Source of the DNA: Candidatus Poribacteria bacterium
GTDB lineage: Bacteria; Poribacteria; WGA-4E; PCPOR2b
Direction: 5' to 3'
NCBI GenBank assembly: GCA_963665285.1
Contig: OY762266.1
Span: forward strand, 1,032,059-1,096,058
DNA length: 64,000 bases
In this document: positions 58,538 through 64,000 of the stretch, piece after piece
How the letters are laid out: the number at the start of each line of letters is the position of its first letter
How positions within the stretch are numbered: the first letter of the stretch is position 1
Translations under genes and position numbers: made by a program
Notes under the pieces: generated by a model
Told to the model about the DNA's origin: nothing
Seen by the model: only the letters and a program-made list of their open reading frames with translations
The model's database searches: none

Positions 58538-58562
58538 TGCTTTGAATCCCGATCTTATCGGG
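58538..58562. repeat. REP-like palindromic element GCTTTGAATCCCGATCTTATCGGGG, copy 3 of 3
   Basis: Seen directly. Confidence 0.4.
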
Positions 58563-58660
58563 GCTCCGCGCGCCGTAACCTCCGTAAACTATCGCTGATT
58601 TTATCGACTCCACTGTGCCGTGTCAACACTTTTCTAAGGCAATGGCAATAGGGCCCACGT

Positions 58661-59425
58661 TTAATCCATTATCCCAATCCGCTTGAGATAGGTCACAGAC
58701 TGCTCCATTCGGGCTTGCACCCCCGCTTCATCTATCTCCTCACCTTCAATCCCTTCCAACTCCATCGCGCAAGGACCGTAGAACCCAGCATCGTTCAAGA
58801 TCTGAAACACGCCTTTGAAATCAACCACCCCCTCACCGAGCGCAGGAAAGTGCCACGTCCGATACCCACCGTTCGTATCTTTGAGGTGGACAGCACCAAC
58901 ATGATTGATAATCTTCTTAAGTTCCCCGACAGCGGTAACGTTATGGTTGTAGAAATAGACATTGCCGGTGTCAAAGTTGATACAGATGTTCGGGTGATTG
59001 ACCCCCTGCATGGTTTCCAGGGCGACCTCGGCGTTGTGCGCCAGATCGAGGTGCGTTTCCAAACAGACCTTGATCCCGAGTGGTGCAGCGTTTTCACCAA
59101 TCTGTCTCAGCCGTTCATAGATAACGTTTCGATCGTGATCGCCGGCGTGAGCACTAGTAAAAATAACCTTCACGCCGATTCCGCTCGCAGCGTCTAAGCA
59201 TGCCTGAAAGTCTGAGACAACGTTTTCGTCCTGAACATTGCAACCCGCAGCAACGCTGGTCGCCGTGAGTCCGTGGGACTTCAACTCAGCGAGTAACTTA
59301 TCGACATCTCCCGGCGCAGGCGCAGCGACCTCAACGTTTGTCAATCCAATCTTCGCGAGATGCGGATACGCACCCTCATGAAATTGCCCATAACTATTCA
59401 AATTACATGCTATGATATTTTTCAT
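58661..59425 (-). CDS. Sugar phosphate isomerase/epimerase (xylose isomerase-like TIM barrel)
   Basis: GGGAGG RBS before MKNIIACNL; TIM-barrel metal-ligand pattern. Confidence 0.8.
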   Translation of the reverse strand: MKNIIACNLNSYGQFHEGAYPHLAKIGLTNVEVAAPAPGDVDKLLAELKSHGLTATSVAAGCNVQDENVVSDFQACLDAASGIGVKVIFTSAHAGDHDRNVIYERLRQIGENAAPLGIKVCLETHLDLAHNAEVALETMQGVNHPNICINFDTGNVYFYNHNVTAVGELKKIINHVGAVHLKDTNGGYRTWHFPALGEGVVDFKGVFQILNDAGFYGPCAMELEGIEGEEIDEAGVQARMEQSVTYLKRIGIMD

Positions 59426-59459
59426 CCGTGTACCTCCCATTGAAAGATTAACTCCCCAA

Positions 59460-60383
59460 CTACAGAATATCTTCTAACACCCGCCGGAGAAAGCCATTAT
59501 CTTCCTCCAATAACGCAACGGCTTCCTTCCGATCAACCTCTTTCACAAGCATGACAATCGCGGTTTTCACACTACCATCGGCGCATTCCAATGCCGTTTG
59601 TGCCGTCGCATAATCCGTCCCCGCAACCTCCATAATAATACGCGCCCCCCGATCAATCAGCTTTGCGTTCGACGCCTGAATGTCAACCATTAAATTATTG
59701 TAAACCTTCCCAATCTGGATCATTGAGACGGTGGTGAGCATATTTAACACCAACTTTGTCGCTGTCCCAGTTTTCAACCGCGTGGAGCCGGTGATAATTT
59801 CCGGACCAACAACCGGCACGATAAAGACATCCACAAACGCTTTCATGTTATCGGCGGGCGGCGTACAACAGAGGAAAATCGTCTTGGCACCGATTCGATG
59901 TGCCTCCTCCAACGCGCCAAGCACATAAGGCGTGCGACCACTGCCAGCAATCCCAACCACCACATCCCGATCAGTCACGCCGTGATCGCGCAGGGCTTGC
60001 GCCCCAGCGTCAGGTTTATCTTCCGCAGCCTCAACGGAGCGACGTAACGCACGGTCCCCACCGGCGATGATTCCCTGCACCATGCTGGGCGGCGTGCTAA
60101 ATGTCGGCGGACATTCGGAGGCATCAAGGACACCAAGCCTACCACTCGTCCCCGCACCGATATAAAAAAGCCGTCCACCCCGACGAAACGCTGCTGTGAT
60201 GAGCGTTATCCCCTGCGCGATTGATGCCGATTCGGCTTCCACAGCCGCAACTGCTTTCCGATCTTCCTCATGGAAAATCCGCAAAACCTCTTCCGTTGAT
60301 TTGAGGTCAATATCGACTGAGTTCGGGTTTCGTTGCTCTGTGATAAGTTTGGAGAGATCGTTCAACATCACATCCGCCTGCAC
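59460..60383 (-). CDS. murQ: N-acetylmuramic acid 6-phosphate etherase
   Basis: SIS domain with LFYIGAGTSGRLG and ...ASECPPTF. Confidence 0.85.
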   Translation of the reverse strand: MQADVMLNDLSKLITEQRNPNSVDIDLKSTEEVLRIFHEEDRKAVAAVEAESASIAQGITLITAAFRRGGRLFYIGAGTSGRLGVLDASECPPTFSTPPSMVQGIIAGGDRALRRSVEAAEDKPDAGAQALRDHGVTDRDVVVGIAGSGRTPYVLGALEEAHRIGAKTIFLCCTPPADNMKAFVDVFIVPVVGPEIITGSTRLKTGTATKLVLNMLTTVSMIQIGKVYNNLMVDIQASNAKLIDRGARIIMEVAGTDYATAQTALECADGSVKTAIVMLVKEVDRKEAVALLEEDNGFLRRVLEDIL

Positions 60384-60422
60384 ATATCTGTAAGAACCGA
60401 GATGAATGGGCTGCCAGCCCTG

Positions 60423-61226
60423 CTATTGCGCCAACATCTGTTTGGCAACCTCAATCTCATCTCGAAACCGAGGCAAATTTGCCGCCCCTTCCAAGAAAAG
60501 ATCCAGATAGCGTTTCATCGTGAGGCGATCACCCCGCTTCTCGTACATCCGCGCGAGATGGTAGTATACCTCCGTATCCTCTGGGTTAAGCGATCGAGCC
60601 TTTTCGTATGCACGGATTGCGAGATCAACCTGCTCCGTATCTTGATAGGCGTGTGCGAGGTTATAATAGGCATCTGGATCGCTCTCATCTAATGCAATAG
60701 CTTGCTGATAGTAGCTAATCGCTTCCTCAAATTGATCGCGGGCATGATAAGCACCAGCCAGATTGAAGTATGCATCTTGAAAGGTCGGATCTGCCTCAAT
60801 TGCCTTGCGATAGGTTTCGATCGCCTCACCAAACTGCTCCTCGGTATCATAAGTATAAGCCAAATTGTTGTGGAAGGCTGGATTGTCGGGGGAGAGCTCG
60901 ATCGCCTTTTGAAATGCCCGAATCGCAGGATCCGATAGTTGCATGTCTACGTAGACTAACCCGAGCGCGTTATGCACCTGCGCGTTCTCCTCATCAATTG
61001 CCAATGCCTCCTGGAATTGCTCAATAGCTTTTTCATACTCCCCCATCTCGTGGTAGACTTCGCCAAGTTCCAAATATCCCGTTGGATCTTCCGGCGTGAG
61101 TGCCATTCCCATCCTAAGCCGGGTCGCTTCACGACTCAATTCCTCTTTCCGCTCTGGCTTCTTCTCAGCAGGCTGACAACTTAAAAAAACGACGCAAATT
61201 AGAAGAAAAACCGGAAGTATTCTCAT
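60423..61226 (-). CDS. TPR-repeat lipoprotein
   Basis: Signal peptide with LSC lipobox; six TPR units. Confidence 0.75.
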   Translation of the reverse strand: MRILPVFLLICVVFLSCQPAEKKPERKEELSREATRLRMGMALTPEDPTGYLELGEVYHEMGEYEKAIEQFQEALAIDEENAQVHNALGLVYVDMQLSDPAIRAFQKAIELSPDNPAFHNNLAYTYDTEEQFGEAIETYRKAIEADPTFQDAYFNLAGAYHARDQFEEAISYYQQAIALDESDPDAYYNLAHAYQDTEQVDLAIRAYEKARSLNPEDTEVYYHLARMYEKRGDRLTMKRYLDLFLEGAANLPRFRDEIEVAKQMLAQ

Positions 61227-61489
61227 CGGTGAACCTCCGACGCAATAAACATTAGAAATTCCCTACGAATTTAATTATAACAGAGCCACCCGAAGTGTCA
61301 ATGACTTTCTGCAAGGCGGAAATTTATTGAGATTTAACCCGCATTATGCTACTATTATAATACGACTGTACGGTTACAATTTCGGACCAATATGGATTGC
61401 AACTTAGACCGCATTTGTAACCAAATTGTCAATTAGACCCTCCTTTCGCATAAAATAGAGATTGAAGGGAGCGGTTAGGAGAGAGACGA

Positions 61490-62299
61490 ATGAAAAAACC
61501 ACTGTATCTTATTGGCGGTATTGCGGGGGCAATCTTGCTCCTACTTATCACCATTATGAGCTACTTCATATTTAAATTTAAGAATAATTTTGAAGCAGAA
61601 CAGGAAAGTCGGATTACCTACGAAAAAAAGTCCCAACAGCTACAAAGTGAATTGACCACAACCCAAGCAGAACTCGAAGCAAAGAAAAACAAGATTAACC
61701 TCTTGGAGGACACAATCGACGAGGTACAAGCGCGCGCAACCAATTTGACTGAAGCCAAAGCGCAGGCAGAAGCGGAGGCGACGAAACTTCGTTTAGAGGA
61801 GCAGCGTAGACAAGAGGAGATAAAGCGGAAAGAGGAAGAATTTCGAGATCTCCGCACCGAACTCCAGAAAGAAATCGAAGCAAAAGAAATCACCATCACT
61901 ACGCTCAAAGGACAATTAACAGTCAACCTAATGGATAAGATTCTGTTCGCCTCCGGAAAAGCTGAGATTAAGACTGATGGAAAGCGGGTCTTGGATAAAA
62001 TTGCGAAGACTTTCCTAAACCGTTTTCCGGATCGAGAGATTCGGGTTGAGGGCCATACGGACAACGTCCCGTTCAGAGGCTCAGTCCTGAACAACTGGGA
62101 CCTATCCACGCAACGGGCGATTTCTGCCGTCCGTTATCTGCAGACGCGTGCGGGCGTAGATCCCGCTCGTCTAGCGGCGGTCGGCTATGCCTACTACCGT
62201 CCAATCGATACAAACAAGACCTCCAAAGGAAGAGCGAGAAATCGTCGTATCGAAATTATTGTGATGCCACCGAAACAGGCTGAGGAACAAGAATTTTGA
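61490..62299 (+). CDS. OmpA/MotB-domain protein with N-terminal TM helix and coiled coil
   Basis: C-terminal OmpA-like block ...NRRIEIIV... Confidence 0.8.
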   Translation: MKKPLYLIGGIAGAILLLLITIMSYFIFKFKNNFEAEQESRITYEKKSQQLQSELTTTQAELEAKKNKINLLEDTIDEVQARATNLTEAKAQAEAEATKLRLEEQRRQEEIKRKEEEFRDLRTELQKEIEAKEITITTLKGQLTVNLMDKILFASGKAEIKTDGKRVLDKIAKTFLNRFPDREIRVEGHTDNVPFRGSVLNNWDLSTQRAISAVRYLQTRAGVDPARLAAVGYAYYRPIDTNKTSKGRARNRRIEIIVMPPKQAEEQEF

Positions 62300-62353
62300 T
62301 CCCGTTGTTTCACAGCTTCAATAGCTGTACACAATTGGAAGGAGATTGTACAC

Positions 62354-63148
62354 ATGCCAACAAAGTCAGCCGTTAAATTTGGGCACCAAGAGCACACCCA
62401 GTTTATGGAGGAGGGTTACGCGAGACTCGGACACCTCTTGTCAAACAAAGAGATAGCTGCGTTGCAGCAACGAATTGATGACATTATGTTGGGGGTCATA
62501 CCCTACGAGAATATGCGGTTCCAACTCGATAGCACTAGCGGTGTCTACCGCGAAGCACCCCCGGAGAGTATAGGACACAAGGGCGCGACGCTCCAATATC
62601 GGAAGATTATGGATCTTGAGCAGGATCCCTTGTTCCTCTCCTACATGCAGCATCCGCTCCTACGCGATATTACACGGCGTTATATCGGCGAAGATGTTTC
62701 GATCTACCGGGCGATGTTTATGAATAAACCTGCCAATCAAGGCACAGTGCTGCCGTGGCATCAGGATGTTGGGGTAGGCTGGGGACTGGATCGTAATCCA
62801 ATTATTACCGTCTGGATGGCGTTAGACGACGCAACCGTAGAGAACGGTTGTATGCAAATCGTGCCCGGCATCCATAAACACGGTGTAATAAATGAGGGAC
62901 ATTTCGCTACGGAAGCGGACGCCGAAAAATATCAACTGGAGGAGAATGCCATTGATTTGGAAGTGGAGGAGGGAGAAGTCGTTCTGCTGAATAACCTCCT
63001 GCTACACCGTTCCGGGGTAAACCCAACAGGGAAACAGCGACGCGCATTCAGTGCTGCCTACATGGATGCAGCGGCGACACATGTGGCTACGGGCGAGACG
63101 TTCCCGGTGATTTTCGGTAAGAATGCGCTGAAGCCTTCCGAATGTTGA
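62354..63148 (+). CDS. PhyH family dioxygenase (paralog 3)
   Basis: WHQDVG...VENGCMQIVPGIHK...LLHRS. Confidence 0.85.
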   Translation: MPTKSAVKFGHQEHTQFMEEGYARLGHLLSNKEIAALQQRIDDIMLGVIPYENMRFQLDSTSGVYREAPPESIGHKGATLQYRKIMDLEQDPLFLSYMQHPLLRDITRRYIGEDVSIYRAMFMNKPANQGTVLPWHQDVGVGWGLDRNPIITVWMALDDATVENGCMQIVPGIHKHGVINEGHFATEADAEKYQLEENAIDLEVEEGEVVLLNNLLLHRSGVNPTGKQRRAFSAAYMDAAATHVATGETFPVIFGKNALKPSEC

Positions 63149-63173
63149 ATCAAGCCATCAAAGGAGAGTGAAA

Positions 63174-64000
63174 ATGCCAACAGCGGCACTCATCACCTTG
63201 GGATGCAAGGTGAACCAATATGACACACAAGCGATGCAGGAGGTGATGCTCCGTAACGGATATACCGTCGTGGGAGAGAACGATCCCGCCGACGTTTGCA
63301 TCATCAACACCTGCACCGTGACCAATGCCGCAGACCAAAAAGCCCGTCAAGTCATCCGGCGAGCGATTCGGAAAAATCCCGACACCGAAGTCCTCGTCAC
63401 GGGTTGTTACGCTGAAAGTGATCGGGAGGCAATCGCGGCAATTCCGGGCGTATCGCTCGTGTTCGGCAATCGCGAAAAAGCAGATCTTCAGAAGTATATA
63501 GATCTGGTTCACGAATCATGGAGCGAAAAAGATCGGTCACCGCTGTTGCAGATTGATCCCGTCCAGCACGACGCCGTCCGCGAACACGCAAATTTCAGCA
63601 TGTCGGTGAGTGAAGCAGGCAAGCACACACGGGCACTCATCAAGGTGCAGGATGGCTGCAGTGCTTTCTGTACCTATTGCATTATCCCCTATGTCCGAGG
63701 ACGCATGACGAGCCGTCCTCTCTCCGACATCGTGCAGGAAGCAGAACAGATCGCCGCCAACGGATACAGGGAGATCGTTATCACCGGCGTTCATTTGGGA
63801 GCTTACGGGCTGGACATCGGTCGCCAAACGACCATCGCAGATATTCTGGAACATATCCACCCCATTGATGGTATTGAGCGCATCCGTTTCAGTTCAATTG
63901 AGGCAATGAATTTTCCACCGGATCTAGTTGATCGGATGGCAGCACTGCCCAAGTGTATGCCCCACTTCCATCTTCCGCTACAGGCTGGCAGCGATAAAAT
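63174..64000 (+). CDS. mtaB: Radical-SAM methylthiotransferase (MtaB/MiaB family), N-terminal ~275 aa; 3' end lies outside the window
   Basis: LGCKVNQYDTQ MTTase N-terminal domain; radical-SAM CSAFCTYC motif. Confidence 0.75.
   Translation, partial: MPTAALITLGCKVNQYDTQAMQEVMLRNGYTVVGENDPADVCIINTCTVTNAADQKARQVIRRAIRKNPDTEVLVTGCYAESDREAIAAIPGVSLVFGNREKADLQKYIDLVHESWSEKDRSPLLQIDPVQHDAVREHANFSMSVSEAGKHTRALIKVQDGCSAFCTYCIIPYVRGRMTSRPLSDIVQEAEQIAANGYREIVITGVHLGAYGLDIGRQTTIADILEHIHPIDGIERIRFSSIEAMNFPPDLVDRMAALPKCMPHFHLPLQAGSDK

Overview
This 64 kb window looks like a metagenome-style contig from an uncultivated Gram-negative heterotroph. TGA is used as a normal stop codon. I found about 55 protein-coding genes, no rRNA or tRNA genes and no CRISPR array.

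The left third is an accessory surface region. It holds two TonB-dependent receptors flanking two lipoproteins that carry long Asp/His tracts and Planctomycete-cytochrome-c-like (PSCyt1-like) domains with an unusual CX4CH motif, followed by a TolB-like beta-propeller. Next to it is a TnpB-only IS200/IS605-type element.

On the minus strand there is a run of housekeeping and regulatory genes: ribE-ribBA-ribH, hisH, and a sensor kinase, DUF3782 protein and sigma54-dependent NtrC-like regulator. Two orphan EutN/CcmL microcompartment vertex genes and a rhomboid protease sit downstream of that regulator. A methyltransferase-endonuclease-methyltransferase restriction-modification cassette is wedged between ribH and hisH.

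The middle of the window encodes three giant secreted repeat proteins (about 1,810, 725 and 1,107 aa). They combine cadherin-like, LRR, WD40, cohesin-like and dockerin-like modules with an unclassified ~100-aa tandem repeat and a C-terminal T9SS sorting domain. The largest one is split by an intact IS5-family insertion with a CTAG target duplication.

A thioredoxin-like/PDZ periplasmic protein at 11149-12477 carries two in-frame TGA codons at the position of the redox CxxC motif, with a downstream hairpin. It is a candidate double-selenocysteine protein.

The right third is metabolic: three PhyH dioxygenase paralogs, two CRTAC1/ASPIC-UnbV proteins, Ldh_2, Gfo/Idh/MocA, MurQ, a sugar-phosphate isomerase, HyuB and MtaB. 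Several small repeat families (a MITE-like element, REP-like palindromes, a structured 60-nt element) are scattered through the intergenic DNA.

The domain repertoire (cohesin/dockerin, WD40/LRR/TPR, microcompartment vertex proteins, PhyH expansion, PSCyt1) resembles Poribacteria or related PVC-like candidate phyla. That is inference only.
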